A DNA stretch of 52,018 bases from Paraglomus brasilianum (taxonomy: Eukaryota), in contig CAJVPI010000118.1 in the NCBI GenBank assembly GCA_910592345.1, forward strand, positions 1-52,018, in the 5' to 3' direction. The position numbers and the translations under genes were made by a program. Shown here piece after piece: positions 26,028-39,399 of this stretch. The notes below the pieces were generated by a model. It saw only the letters and a list, made by a program, of their open reading frames with translations. It made no database searches and was not told the origin of the DNA. The stretch's first letter is position 1. Every line of letters begins with the position of its first letter.

Positions 26028-26110
26028 GCTAACGCTAAAATCTGAAACTAACCAATGGGGTTAGAGAATAAACCAATGAAAGGTCATGGTTTCAGGATTT
26101 CAGCATCAGC
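26028..26110. repeat. Imperfect ~23-bp inverted repeat (small MITE-like)
   Basis: GCTAACGCTAAAATCTGAAACTA (26028-26050) compared with the reverse complement of 26087-26110, GCTGATGCTGAAATCCTGAAACCA. Confidence 0.6.
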
Positions 26111-27631
26111 CTCGAGCATCAGCCATGACATTTATTATTATTTTCAAGTGTAAATAAAGAACATCTTTTACAGTTCTAAGAATGATATTTTTGCAGGCTC
26201 TAACTTCATCAACCGTTTCGTTCTAAACCACTTTTTTCGTTTGCTCGTTGCGTTCCGTTGGTCGACCGCAAGTCGAAGAAAGCCTTTAGGCTAGGCTCGT
26301 TCTTTTTTGAAGCAAGTCTCGCATTCCATCATCATCAAATGCATCATATAACAGATATTGCAATAGAATAACTTCCCACCGTCATCGAATTATTATTATC
26401 TACCATGATTGTAGCAGCCCTTCTTCCAAGACTCTTGGTAATTGGATATAATCTGATCAAATAGAGGGAGATTTCAACGGTTACTATAATTGTATATACT
26501 AATACATACAAGTAAAGATAAACGAGCTGGTGATTTCAATACCATAATAATAATATCCGCTGAGCACGCTATATCTGTGGGCGAGAGACGGAAGAGGCTG
26601 GGGAGTTTCTGCTGTTTAGAATCTCTTGTGTGGATTCACACCCCGTGGAATGCTTAACCTTAGGGTATTCGTTAAGCAATGGCTGGGATTCAAGCAATAA
26701 TTAGACTTTTGCCCTGCAAGTTTGCTTACTTTTTTTTTTGCAGCGATTAGCTACACAACCTTTAGCAATAGGATGCTAGAGGTTACGGCGATTGTCGACA
26801 ATTTCAGTTCGCAGTAACAACTTTGTGTGGAGGTGTGTAAATGAAAAATATAAACAGTGAAAAACAGTGGGGCATTATTTTCGGAAAATTTTTGATTTGT
26901 TGAATTGTGCAACACTTTCCTTATATGGGACGATCTCTGCTCTGTACCGTAAAGTGAAAGTGTTAACCTGAATTTACTATCGATATCGCATGTTCACGCA
27001 TCATCTCCGTGACATCAGCACTCGTAAACATTGGAGGTCGGTTGGAGCAATGGAAATGGAAATAATACAGTATTTTTCTGATATTGAAGTATCTAGTCAA
27101 GGCGAGTGTTCAAAGTTCTTGTCATGGCTGAACGATTGGATATGCAATGAATTTGATAATTACTTTTCCTGAACTTGCACATTTCTCTTTCTAGTTGAAA
27201 AATATTTACCGTTATATGAAATTAGAGATCGAAAAATACTGTTTTCGCGGTCGTTATGACGAAATGAATAATGTTAATAATACAACATACAGATACTGTA
27301 TGTATGTACTTATCGCTTACATCCACGTACAAAATTGATCAGTCTTTATCTTTTACATTCAACTATCCTCCTTGATTCGGTTCTCATCCCCCAGCACAAC
27401 CGTCAATCCCCGCGGCGTATCCGAAATTCAAGTTTATCGAAAAAGTGAATTCCTTCAACCAACCACGGGATATACCTTCGCACGTCTATGACAATACGAA
27501 ATAAATTGTTAATGGAGATAATTGGTTAGAGAGAAATACTTGAGTTTTGCAAACTTTGGGAAACGATTGATACGATCAACAAGGAAAAGATTAAGAATAC
27601 CTTCATGAGGAGGAGAACTGCGTAAGAATTA

Positions 27632-27704
27632 AGGGAGGCAGGTAGATTGTTAATGGCGACGGAGGAGAGGGAGGCAGGTAGATTGTTAATGGTGACGGAG
27701 GAGA
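27632..27704 (+). repeat. ~37-bp tandem duplication
   Basis: AGGGAGGCAGGTAGATTGTTAATGG(C/T)GACGGAGGAG occurs twice. Confidence 0.9.
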
Positions 27705-27868
27705 TGGAGGTAAGTTAGACAAAATATTGTGATGCCGATAGCTTGGCAGTACAATTTTAATGTGACTAGTCTAACAATCCTACCTCAACCTTATACCTTA
27801 CATAATCTGCATAGATCATATCGACTATTACCACACGCCGGCCGCTCGAACCGATCTGGGTTTATCAT

Positions 27869-27906
27869 CTGCTAACGTAATGGTACGTAGCGGGTCAAAG
27901 CCCTAG
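27869..27906 (+). mobile_element. Possible Helitron 3' terminus
   Basis: Hairpin CTGCTA(A)CGTA-ATGG-TACGTAGCGG is followed by GTCAAAGCC and CTAG (27903-27906). The next base is A rather than T and no 5' end was identified. Confidence 0.35.
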
Positions 27907-30900
27907 AAATTTAAATTCATATTAACAGTAATATCAAACATCTTTCGGTATTTGCTAACCATAAAGGCAGGCACCATGAACTTACGATTATTTTGTCCAA
28001 TTCTAAGATCTACTTGCTCGACAGTAAGATATTAATATAGAAATTGGAAATAAGTGAGTAAAGAAGAAATGAAACTAGAGGTGAATAGAGGTGATTTCGA
28101 ATGTAGGAGTCGACAGCTTATCACTCTAATAGCATTGGGAAAGTAAATGAAGGAAGGTTGGTAGGTTAAAGAAATTGGGGTTTGGGAAAAGTTTATTTAA
28201 TACATGGAATGTATGATGTATGCTCATGTTGAACCGCTTATATTTTGCCTAGGAACATTCACAAACGTCAAGGAAGGTAATCAATGATGCTCACATTAAA
28301 TCGACACGAGTTAATCATGTGGCGTCGTTGATTTAAGTATGTATATTTACAGTTTTATGAAAACCACGTTAACGGTGGATGTCCTTTGTATTTCTCCACC
28401 GTAATAACGATCGAACTTTGTGTATTATCAAGACTTTATTCAGATTATTTTCATAATTAAAATAGTGGTCCATTAAAAAAATCCACATATGGGTCGCGTA
28501 TTAAAGTGCAAAAGAATGTTGACCGTTGAATTTCAAGGTCCTGCTCCGCTTGTACATACAACTGAAGGACTGTAAAAACGTGAGTCGTTATGTTAATTCT
28601 GTGTTCTATATGGGGTTTCAAGAAGGGTTAACTGAGCAGATACGTTAAAAGTTTGGTTCCGGTTTTACTGTAATCATGAATCCATATTCTAATGTTGTAT
28701 TATGTATCATTGATATTTACTTTTTCTTATCAGGCTTTTACTTCACTTTACGATTATAGATATCGTAGAGGAGCGGTTAATATATAAATTCTCCTGCAAG
28801 ACGGGATCATAAATTTTCAGCAAAATCGTGCCCGCTTGTAGCAACAAATTGCATAAGTGCTCTTATTTTAGTATCGGAACGTCAGAAGGGAACAAACGTG
28901 TATATGATATTAATCTCTAGCAATACGAATCATCAAGAATCTTGTGAGGGAAGACTCAGATGACAGGATACTGCCGCAAGTAAGTTATTCCACACATAGG
29001 GTGGTCGTAACTGGCGTACTGGTAGATGGAAACACACCTTCCAATTTACTTATCGTCCCCACCCCTCTTTGTTGTTTACAGTGAGACGCTTTCCCTACCC
29101 AGAGGTCAGCAACGACAAAAAAAATAATACTCTCAAACCCCCCCTCTCTCGAAGCGGTATGTATGATGGGAAGGCACAATATTATTCACCACCCGACCCC
29201 ACCTCCACACAAATACGCACACATACAAAAAAAGAACGGGAAAATTTTCCGTCACTGAGAAGATGGGTATGGAAGGCATATGGATAAATGTGCAATAGGT
29301 TAGTTGTCAATCATGATATATGTAATCACTAAAGCTGCAAAACTTGTCACCATCATGCAGGCTGGCGGGAGAGGAACCAGATACAAACTGAAAGACATAT
29401 GAATAACACTGTATATATAAATGGATGGGATATGCTGAATGAAATGAATGATATGTTGTCATTCGTACAAGGCGATAAGAAGTGAAGGTGTGGGAAGATT
29501 AGATTGTAAAACGAGCATATGGGCTTAGAAGACACGAATCAGGTAAGGCTATGTATTGATTTATAAAGGAATGACTGAAGCATCAAGTTCTTCCATGGAC
29601 GTAAATTTGGTTTTACCTTCTCATCTACTGCATGATCCAGCAAGTTTGAAAAGAGGGTTTAGCCTGAATTGGAACGAGATACGGAATTGGTATGTAGTGT
29701 CATTTCTGAGTAACTATTGTTTTATTCCATTACATCTAGAAGCTGCCGAAACGATCAAGAGGCTGTGAAAACGCCAGGAGCCAACCTTCCAATTTATGGT
29801 ACATAATGTAATCAAAAATGCTTTATGCATCTTCCAACCGAGTTGGATTTTTACTGGCAATGCATATTATTGGATGGTGTCGTTGTTTTTCTTATAGGGT
29901 GACCAATAATAACAATAACGTGAAAATCTGCTCTTTCATCCCTTGGCTTTTTCGATTTCTACGGTATATACAATCATTCTAACATATTGGGTGAGTGTGT
30001 ATTTTATTGATGCAAAATAAATTCATTATTATTTGAAGATTACAACTAAGAAGGAAATAAACGAGTTAAATATTGAGTTATTATATTACCTTGTGAGTGC
30101 TTGCTTGTACATACCCTTCCAACTTGTGTAGATCTCTCCTCTGCTCATCTACCTTCCGTTCTATTCTCACTATAATAACTGGCCCAAGCGACAGGGAGTC
30201 CGGCCTTATCTCTCCCCTATTGAGAGAGTGTGTGAATTGCTTGAGAGAAGGTAGTAGAGACTATTTTTTTATTTATCTCTTTGTCTTCAATTAAATGAAT
30301 ATAATGAAAAACTTAACAAGAACAAATAATACCTTCCGAACACTTTACCATCGCTATCTTCTAAGCCGTACAAGAATCTCAGAATTTGGCAATTCGCCGA
30401 ACTCGTCCGCTCCCGGTAGTAAATTTCTTGAATGTTTGTATATTAAATTATTATTATTATAGAGGAAAAAAATAACAATTTTTTTTATGAACACCAAGCG
30501 TGACTGAATTTCTCTCTGGCGAAATTCCCGAGTATTGCTCCTGTTCATCTTAGCGCACTTTAAACGATGGGGGCTATTCATTCGAAATTTGGGACTAATG
30601 TATCAAATACCAAAGATTGATATCTTTATTGACAGTATGTGATTGAAGTGCCAATCAATATTGGAAAGAAATACATGAATAAGAAATAGAAGAAGAATGA
30701 TCTACTGGAACAGTATGTAAAAGAAAATAACGAAAAGAACACCGCACCTATAATTTTTTCTAGCAATGCGGACAGGATAGTCTATCAATAATATTTAAAC
30801 TAATCACCACTTCCACCCGGCCGCCCCGGGAAACTTCCCGCCAGTCGTGATAACACCATATTTTTCTTGGCAGGTATAATGGTTAACCTGCCCCGATGTT

Positions 30901-31868
30901 TTTCTTCTTCTTCCCTCAGCGAGTAGAAGGGCTTCCCTCGGTTCGCAAGGTAAAAAAAGCTTATCCTTTTCTTCTTTTCCTCGACCGCGAGGTAAAAGGC
31001 GCTCTTCCTCATCCTTTTCTTCACCACTCAGCTTTATCGTCCTGCTGAGTGGGATATTGTCGTTTGGCCCTTGGGCAATTTTATTGAAAGAGAGGACGGT
31101 AATGATTTATTAAGCCTCTCTAATACTAATATTTTATTATAGTATATTGAAAGAGAAGGCGCATAGATATTGTCCAAAGCTTGGGTATATCTTGCTAGTG
31201 CAAAAGGGCTAATAAAAATGTCTTTAGGTGGACATAATTTGTCCTTGCTGTTATATTGTCGAGGAGACATATTTTTGTCTTTATTGTTAGAGGGGAAGAG
31301 GTGTGGCTACTTATTATTGTTCTGCGTCCTTATCATCATGTGTTGCACATGCTAACAATGCCGCCGATAAGACTTGAGTTTTTAGTAATTGTGAAATTGC
31401 CATAAAACGTTGATATATTAATATATTTAATTAATGTACTCGTGTCAATTGATATTCGATAATGTCTCAACATCCAAGTGACTGCGGAACTAACCGATCA
31501 CTTCTATTAAAGGAGACAAGACATGGTGATGTAATTTAAATCCGTTCCACAGTAACACGGACCATCTGCTCTTCCATAAACATCCACTTAACCTTTTTCT
31601 AGGCTACGAACACGTGTTTTCTTGTTCACCGCTTCTTTATAGCATTCTTTATTCCAAAGTCCATATCATTGTCTTCCACTCCTTCAAATCCCACCACCTT
31701 CACCTCTCTTCCCTTCTTTCACTCTTACACTCTCCCACCACCTTCATTTCTCTTCCCCTCTTCCCCTCTCATTACCTTCACCTCCCTCACTCAATGAATT
31801 GACATCACAGAACCCAACAAGTCACCGTCTATCATCGCGAAAGGCTTATCCGCTTGATGTATACCATA

Positions 31869-32168
31869 CTTCTATCAACGCGATTGTCGAGAAAAGTCGT
31901 CAATCACATATCGGTCGTATCAATGTAATCGACTCATACGACACCCTGCCTCCCCCGTAACCACGCACTTCTATCAACGCGAGATTGTCGAGAAAAAGTC
32001 GTCAATCACATATCGGTCGTATCAATTTAATCGACTCATACGACACCCTGCCTCCCCCCATAACCACACACATCTATCAACGCGATTGTCGTCAATCACG
32101 TATCAGTCGCATCAATTTAGTCGACTCATACGACACCCTCCCCCTTCCTCCTCTCTATAACCACGCAC
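31869..32168 (+). repeat. ~100-bp tandem repeat x3
   Basis: TCTATCAACGCGA...GTCGTCAATCAC.TATC.GTCG.ATCAAT.TA.TCGACTCATACGACACCCT...TAACCAC starts at ~31869, 31968 and 32071. Confidence 0.92.
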
Positions 32169-32509
32169 CACTTTGATCGACTTGAAAACGTTATGAAGGC
32201 GTTGCTTGGGATCTTGGTAACAGGGAACAACTTTAATAATAACAATTAATATTCCGAAAGGAAATTGGGCAGGAATCACGTTAAACACAACGTACGTATT
32301 AGTACAAGTTATTCGATTAAGATAGTAAATGAGATTAATACCGTACCCACCCCTACGGAATATCTAACGACTTAATTGTAGAATAAAGTCTTGACGAAGA
32401 CCACACACTATTGTTCTTGTTGAAAGATCGCTTATGTTGCATCGGATGAAGGTGTGAATCTTATACAATGCTCGTTGTTGAAGACACCAGTAACACTAAT
32501 CGGTAGTCC

Positions 32510-32510
<1 letters not shown>

Positions 32511-32545
<35 letters not shown>
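32511..32545 (+). repeat. Poly(A) tract, 35 nt
   Basis: Uninterrupted A run. Confidence 0.95.
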
Positions 32546-32547
<2 letters not shown>

Positions 32548-32609
32548 AAAAACAACAGAACATTGGCACGTAATAGTAAGCGCTTTTAAGAAATAATAAA
32601 GCTGCTTAG

Positions 32610-33190
32610 GATATCAATGCCAATGAGTATGAATAAGGATCTTTGCTGGGTTATGTTTGCGTGGTGAGTGGGTCATGGGCTATTTAAGTGGATGGATCAA
32701 AGATGTAAATAAAGCCAAGTGTAGAGAATACTAATGGAATTAAATAAATTGTACAGGAACTCTGGATGTCAGTATCGGAATAATAACACCAATATCGGAG
32801 AAAATGTATAAGAGAATGCAGTCATTGTGTGCACAAATGGTTAATGGCATTCGACTTCCTCCTTTGAAATTTCCGATTAACAGCGTTGCGTATACTTTAA
32901 GTAAGTGAATACTAGATGCTTAAACTGTGAATAATAAGGAAATCGCGAAATGTAATTTTGAAAATTCCTGTATTAGACTTTAGCAATTATGAACTTTCCG
33001 AATTATTACTGATTGTTATAGCACCCATTAGCAACATTATTTCAGATGCCTGCTCAACTCTATTTCAAATTTTATTGGATTCACGAGCGCGGTAAATGCG
33101 AATAGCTACAATGCACACTATTCCGACCGGCCAATGTTCCAGGTTGAATAGCAAAAGACCACAAGCGATGACGCAATGAAGTCTAGAAGA
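32610..33190 (+). repeat. Copy B of the dispersed degenerate family
   Basis: TAATGGAATTAAATAAATTG.ACAGG.ACTCTGGAT and GAGAATGCAGT.ATTGT.TG.ACAAATGGTTAATGGCATTC are shared with 15245-15348. 33155-33190 matches the reverse complement of 36100-36135 with 1 mismatch in 36 nt. Confidence 0.8.
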
Positions 33191-33365
33191 AGTTTCATAT
33201 TTCAATGAGATGGATTGGAAACAGTAGATCTAGGGAAGGTTTTATTGATAAAAAGAGGATATGTAGGCGTCAAATGGAACGCTGGCAAACCAGGAGAGGA
33301 TGGAGGATGTCCCCGCGCCTTTATGTATACGCGAAGCCTCCGCTACGACAAAGAACCGGACTATG

Positions 33366-33460
33366 ACATCAACCCAAGACATGCAGATGCCACAAACAAT
33401 GCAAATCCCAGACACAACATCAACCCAAGACACGCAAATGCCATAAACAATGCAAACATC
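33366..33460 (+). repeat. 51-bp-period duplication (INPRHA.A.NNAN)
   Basis: ACATCAACCCAAGACA.GCA.ATGCCA.AAACAATGCAAA occurs twice, in frame within ORF 33215-33484. Confidence 0.85.
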
Positions 33461-33863
33461 AAACATCAACCTACAGGGATTTGAAGAGACAGGTACAACT
33501 TCTGTGGGGTCGAATATAGAATTGAGCTCTGGCCGAGGAATTTGATATGCTATGCATTATGAGAGGGTAGAACGATAGTCTACGATTAGAAGGAAAACCA
33601 GAGTGAAGAGAAACAGGTTGAATTAGACCATTGTTAAATGAGTGGTTTGGTGACAATGCGTTAGTATCCTGTAGTTACAGTCAGTACGAATGTAAAGAAA
33701 ATACAATCTCGGTTTTACCACGGCTACGCCTGCTTTTACTGCGAGTGATGAGATGAAATAAATAAAAAGATTAATATATTCATTAATAATCCTCGAGGTA
33801 TTTCTAATACTAATAGAAATCTCGATCACGTTATTCGATCAACAAATTGTTATATCCGTCCTA

Positions 33864-33960
33864 CATGCCTAGTTGTGTAACTCATAAAGGAACGCAAAAC
33901 TTCTTCATGCCTAGTTGACAAGAACGCAAAACCCCTTCATGCCTAGTCGACAAGAACGCA
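33864..33960 (+). repeat. ~31-bp short tandem repeat
   Basis: GAACGCAAAAC..CTTCATGCCTAGT.GACAA units; CATGCCTAGT occurs three times. Confidence 0.8.
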
Positions 33961-34959
33961 TGATCCGCTTACAAGAACAACGGCAGTGTTCTATCTAAGT
34001 CTTATAATTCTTCCACAGTTTAGACCCGAATACCGACTAGCAAAACAAACTTCATCTAACATTGCTGGAGCGACAGGATCAATTACCGGTATAAATTGAG
34101 GATTATTAGCGGGAATAAAAATATTCATGCTTTCTCCAGGAACTCAGTAATCAATTCTCACTGCGACACTGTATTTACCATGAGTAAGTATTACTAAGAC
34201 CAGTCGCGGGATTATTTGCGACATTTTTAATGACGTGAATATTTTCAACCTGTACATATTAAGCAGGATGAAACATGTACTTTCATTCAGGCTTTGAAGA
34301 AAGTTTACAATGGGAAGCTCTGAATAATACGGGATCAGTAGCATTTTACGTGAATCATGTAGAAATGCGATTTAATGGTTGAGTGATACTCAACAGCGAA
34401 TTTTAAAAGGGTCAATAACGAAAACGGCGCGGTAACAACTTTACCTGTCCCAGACAAAGGAACGTGGGACCGAACAAGTACAGCCAGTAATGATGGTCAC
34501 TTATCACTGTTATTAGTGAGAAAATAAAATTTATCAAAGAAAGTGCGTCGATTTATTAAGATTATACGGTTTAATTGAAACATTGCTGGGGATCACTAGA
34601 AAAACAAGTCGTCACTTGAGTACATACTTTTTTTTTTCCAGTTCCTTTTTTAAGCTCTAAACATTTCTTAGAGTTTCCATGATCGCTCGAACTTTTCGTA
34701 ATCGATAAATAAGCATTCTATATGACATCTCACAGGGTCTATGGAATGTTATGTTTAGGTGGGTAAGAAGATGCTTTGACAGAGGTGGGTGGATGATGAA
34801 TAGGATACCAATCTTGTTAATAATGTTATTTGTTCATGATCATATTTATTACAGAAACCATTGTCAGTAGACAGAATGAATCCACAGACTCGATTTCAGT
34901 CAATTTATATCATCTTCAATTTAATTTCATTGCCTTTCCGCACGCGTTCTTCTTTAGAG

Positions 34960-35530
34960 ATGAATGAATGTGATTTGTCAAAGCAACGCAAGCGGCCATG
35001 AGGCAGTAGCTATTGGGGTAAAATAGTCTGTACTTGAAGGTGACTAACGCGTGCAGCAAAACTACTGATAATAAAACCACTAGCAAAAGTCCCAAACATA
35101 CATAGCGCTACCAGATAGAAGTTGGGAGTGAAATTGTGTTAGCAAATGCTTGCCATATTTGCCCAGCTTTCTTTTCTTTTGAGCAATTGATGAAACACCG
35201 AATACATACTTGGCCGTGTCTGCCGATCGAGAGGGTTGGACCTCCATCGAGCCAGGAAACGTGCTCAAGCCCTTTTCTTTTTGTTGCTAGGACGTATAAG
35301 GGTTCAGTTAATCTATCATTCAGCAAGGCCTGAAACAAATAGAAGTTAACGTTACTATATGTGTAAGTGTGCGCAAATTATAAGCCATGGTAATTAAATT
35401 ATTACCTGTCCAGTTCTGCTGCATGTACGGTTTCAAGTACCAACTGGGACAAAGGTCGAATGGTACAGATTTGAACCATATTCTGTGAATGTCCAGTAGT
35501 GTCAGTTGAATCTTACATTTTTCTCAAGCT
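34960..35530 (-). pseudogene. Intron-containing gene remnant, family not recognised
   Basis: CAG|GTAATA donor (~35405) and GTTTCAG acceptor (~35330) separate protein-like fragments (LSQLVLETVHAAELD; ALLNDRLTEPLYVLAT; a hydrophobic LGLLLVVLLSVVLL stretch) broken by stops. Confidence 0.3.
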
Positions 35531-36099
35531 CAAATATTAGTGATTGTCCGCATTACTGCGAGGTGAAGGCGAAAACGATAATTGTTGGTATTCTTGTTAA
35601 TTAACGTGTATTGTTACAGTAAAACAAGTCGCTAATGTTAACGCCTTAACAAATCGGAAAAGGAACATTTGAAATGCGGTTATATCTGAAAATAAAATTG
35701 GTATTTATGAGTTTCGCTTTATTACTGATATCAATTAATGATATCATCAGACGCTGACTATACGTAATCTACAATCGTTTGCAGAGGTCGTTGGCGCCTC
35801 CAGCGCAACAACTGCAATGATACAGTATGTAGCGGTTACCATTCCTAATTCCACCATTAACAATCCAACTCCATCTTTTACTTACGAAAAATAAATCCCA
35901 CTAAAGAAGCTCCACACTGCGTCATTTACGTTAATATCAAAGATTTGTTACTCTGTTGAAGTGCAGGCAGTCTAGACAGTATCAAAGAAACATGAATATA
36001 CATATTCAACAATCGCTTTCACCCTATTCCCTTTCCTCTTGCTATTCCAAATTCCCGTACGTCTTAACCTACCACGGCTCTTATTCAAGACTATAACCA

Positions 36100-36600
36100 T
36101 CTTCTAGACTTCATTGCATCATCGCTTGTGGTCTTCTTTGATTCCACGTGTCATTCAACGTTGGAACGTTGGTCTGGTCGGAATAATGCGTATTGTAGTT
36201 ATTCGCGTTTTTACGATTCTACGCAGACAAATCGCGTGAATTCAAGAAAATCCTCTGTTCCTAAAAGTTATGAAACGGAGAGGTACGGTCAGCATCTGAA
36301 ATGATATTGTTAATGGGTGTCAGACAATCAGTGATCATAGGAGAATTAATTATACAGACATTTTCCAAATATTACAATAATTTCCGTTTCGATTTTCTCA
36401 TCTGCGGTCACGGTTAAGTAAAAGTAATACCTGTTGTTCCTCAGGGACTGTCCGCTGCGAATTTAAATTGACTCCACTGCATCTGCTATCGATGTAAGAT
36501 ATAGATAAGAAGACAATAACGCGCCTAATATGTTTATTCAGTTGGAGAATTTACGACGCCGAATGCCATTCATGCAATAACTACATTCTCTGGTTGATTT
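36100..36600 (-). repeat. Copy C (inverted) of the dispersed degenerate family
   Basis: The reverse complement aligns in blocks with ~32810-33190 (e.g. AAGACCACAAGCGATGA.GCAATGAAGTCTAGAAGA; CACCCATTA.CAA.AT.ATTTCAGATGC; GAGAATG.AGT.ATTG...ATGGCATTC). Confidence 0.8.
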
Positions 36601-36611
36601 CCATGACCACG

Positions 36612-36740
36612 CCAGATTTGGGGGTAGGCTAAAGCGGAGTAGTTTTTTTACAATTTCATTGGTTGATATACAAATTTGACCAATGTAATTGCAAGAATCG
36701 GGTCACGTTCTACTCCGCTTTAGCCATCCTCCAGATTTGG
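36612..36740. other. 129-nt fold-back hairpin (palindromic MITE or small-RNA precursor-like)
   Basis: The outer 31-bp stem (36612-36642 with 36710-36740) includes a perfect 16-bp core, GGCTAAAGCGGAGTAG/CTACTCCGCTTTAGCC. An inner ~22-bp imperfect stem pairs TTTTTACAATTTCATTGGTTGA with TTGACCAATGTAATTGCAAGAA. Confidence 0.85.
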
Positions 36741-39399
36741 TAATAGACCTCATGTTGCACCTCGCTAAAGTGTTCACTCATGTTACATGGAGTTTTGCGT
36801 TCTTTTACTTGTTACATGGGTGTCTCTGCGTATGAATAGTTTATATTCAAAGTTGACCTATTTCCAGACTTGCCAAAAAAGAAGGTTTAAAATAGAATGT
36901 TATATTATTATTGTCCTTAAAACGCCGGAAAATTATCAAAACAGAACCGGCAATCCAACACGTTACACAGCGAAAAAATTTTATACAAGGTCATCAGATG
37001 TAGCGTTTATGACTATTCTTAATATAACACCATGAAAGCTTTCCTATCGTTCCAGTTTTCTTATGGCACTATTTGGCAGGACTCGCATATCAAAAAAGAG
37101 GCATCGGGGACTCGGCAACCCCACCGAAGCTTGCATCCTAGACCTATGGAGAAGCATAATCCGCTTTTGAGAGAGCTGTTAAAGCCCGAAGCCCCCCTCC
37201 TAGGTACTACACTAGTTCTGGATGTCAACACATCCTGCTTTCATTGCAGAGCACCGAAACCTCTTGATTGGACTACCAGCAACGATTCAAGAGTCATCGC
37301 CGCTGCGTCACGGATGCTCACCAGGTAGATATCGATCCTTAATGTGAGACAATGCACGCATATATTTATTGCGATTACTAAAATGATTGTAATATGTACT
37401 CAATAATAGCTCACTTACAATTATGCCGAGATCTTGACTCCAAATATTTGGATTGTCGGCATCACTCAGTCATGGGTGATGCCGATTTCGAAGAGATTGT
37501 TATGGAATGGAGCAGAAGGCACGGTGTATTTTCTGCATGGTTTAAGAATCTCCGAGGTAAGCAATTTCCGGTATCAGCAAACTCCCATTGGTTCAAACAA
37601 TAATAATAATAAACTAATTATCATGTGAATTTTACAGTTCAGGAATCACGCTAGCGCTGTTGCTTGAGAGAAGCGTCCACCAGGAGGGCTCTTTCTCTTG
37701 AGCTCGATTTCCTAATCTATGAGGTGGAGCTGAAAACAACCTAGTGACTCAAAATGAAATACAATTTTAATTGAAATATAGTTATTCATGTAATTCAAAC
37801 CAATTCGGTCAACTTTGTCATTCTGAGGAAGGAGAGTCGCGTCCCAGTAATATCAGAGTAGTCATTGATAGTCTGACAAATATTTTATCAATAAACAGTC
37901 TGCGATTTCTTGTCCTAGTCCGAAACGAGACTTAAATAATTCATACCAGTAACGTGTCATTCGACTTTACAAGGATGGGTGCGCTCTATTTCTGTTCTAT
38001 TAATCGTGCTCGTTATATTCTCAATTTTCGACTTTATGATTACGTGCAATGGATTCTTGTATTAGTACGGTGTGTAGCAATTGGTGAATTTTCTCCCACT
38101 CGCTCTCTTTCAAAACTGATGTTAGCTAACAGCGTGATGCATGCAGTCATGGAGACTAACATCTTTAACCTTCACCATCGTTGGCTTTCAATGCGTTTGT
38201 GTGGCAGTCCCGTTTTTATAAAGTGTCCAACGAAAAAAGGTAAAGTGGGTTTTTACTGAACATTGATTACCAAATATAGGCTTGTCTACCCAAATAATGC
38301 GTTACACATATAAGGGATATACCAAAGTCTGCTAACATAAACAAACGGTTCGTTTTGTTGTTATAATCTAATACCGACGCGTTGCCATCATCGACTGTTC
38401 GCTACTAATATTACATGATCCGATAGCAAGCATTCCAGTCGTTAATGAATTGGATGATTATCTTGTCCTTGTTACTAATATCGAGGAGAAAAGGCGAAGT
38501 ACCACGCGATAGGAACATTGTGCTCTGCTCCGTGTATGTAGAAGCTATAGTTGTGTGTGGTACCTGCTGTCAATGTTACGGGTACTGTTACTTTGAATGA
38601 TAATGCGATGATGCTGCCGCTTAATACCTAGGTTTTTCTGCGCTTAATGCCACAAGTCTATTCATCAGATCCGAAATATGACACCAACTAGTATTTTTTG
38701 CGGGAAAGTTGTAACATGGGTGATATTCAGTGTTGGCGTGGATGGAATCTCGTCACATACCGTTAAATGTGAAGATGTCTTTTTTTTTCCCCCGAAAGAT
38801 GTCAACTGTTTCAGCTATTCTGTTGATTACCCCAATGCTTTGACGTTCTGCGACTGATAGAACTTGTGGTAAACTACCCAAAGTTTGGAAAGTAGAAAGC
38901 TCCCAGTAATTGGTAAATGTAATGATCTAATAATGATTAAAAACGTCGCATTAGATCATAGAATATTCGTACGAATGGATGGATGCCAAGGCATCACGGA
39001 CACCAATTCGAACTAACCTCAATGTCCGTCAATCCTCAATACCACAGTCCAAAGCTCGTCTTCTATAACCCCATTAACATTACGTTCGGTCACTTCTCTT
39101 TCTCCTTTAACCCCGTTCTCCCCCCTCCTCGTCTCTGCTTGCATTTCATAATTTCATCTCTTCACCCTTTTCCTCCTTCTACATGCCATTATCCCCATTC
39201 AATTCATCGTCTATGTCACCGTCCAAATCACGCGACTCTGTGACGCTACTTGATGAGACAAGAGGTTTTTCCTGGCTGAAGTTGTTTCCACGAAAAGCCC
39301 GAGATTATTGGTGTTGACTATGAGAATCAACCAATCGGTATGAAGTACGTTAAACAAAGTACAAGATGTTTTGTCAGCCCTTAATACTACCCGCTATTA

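Noticed and set aside
28661..28672. GGTTTTACTGTA, a pogo-like right terminus
   Set aside because: Only 12 bp, with no subterminal motifs or partner end.
31869..32168. CRISPR-like array
   Set aside because: Whole ~100-bp units are repeated with no spacers.
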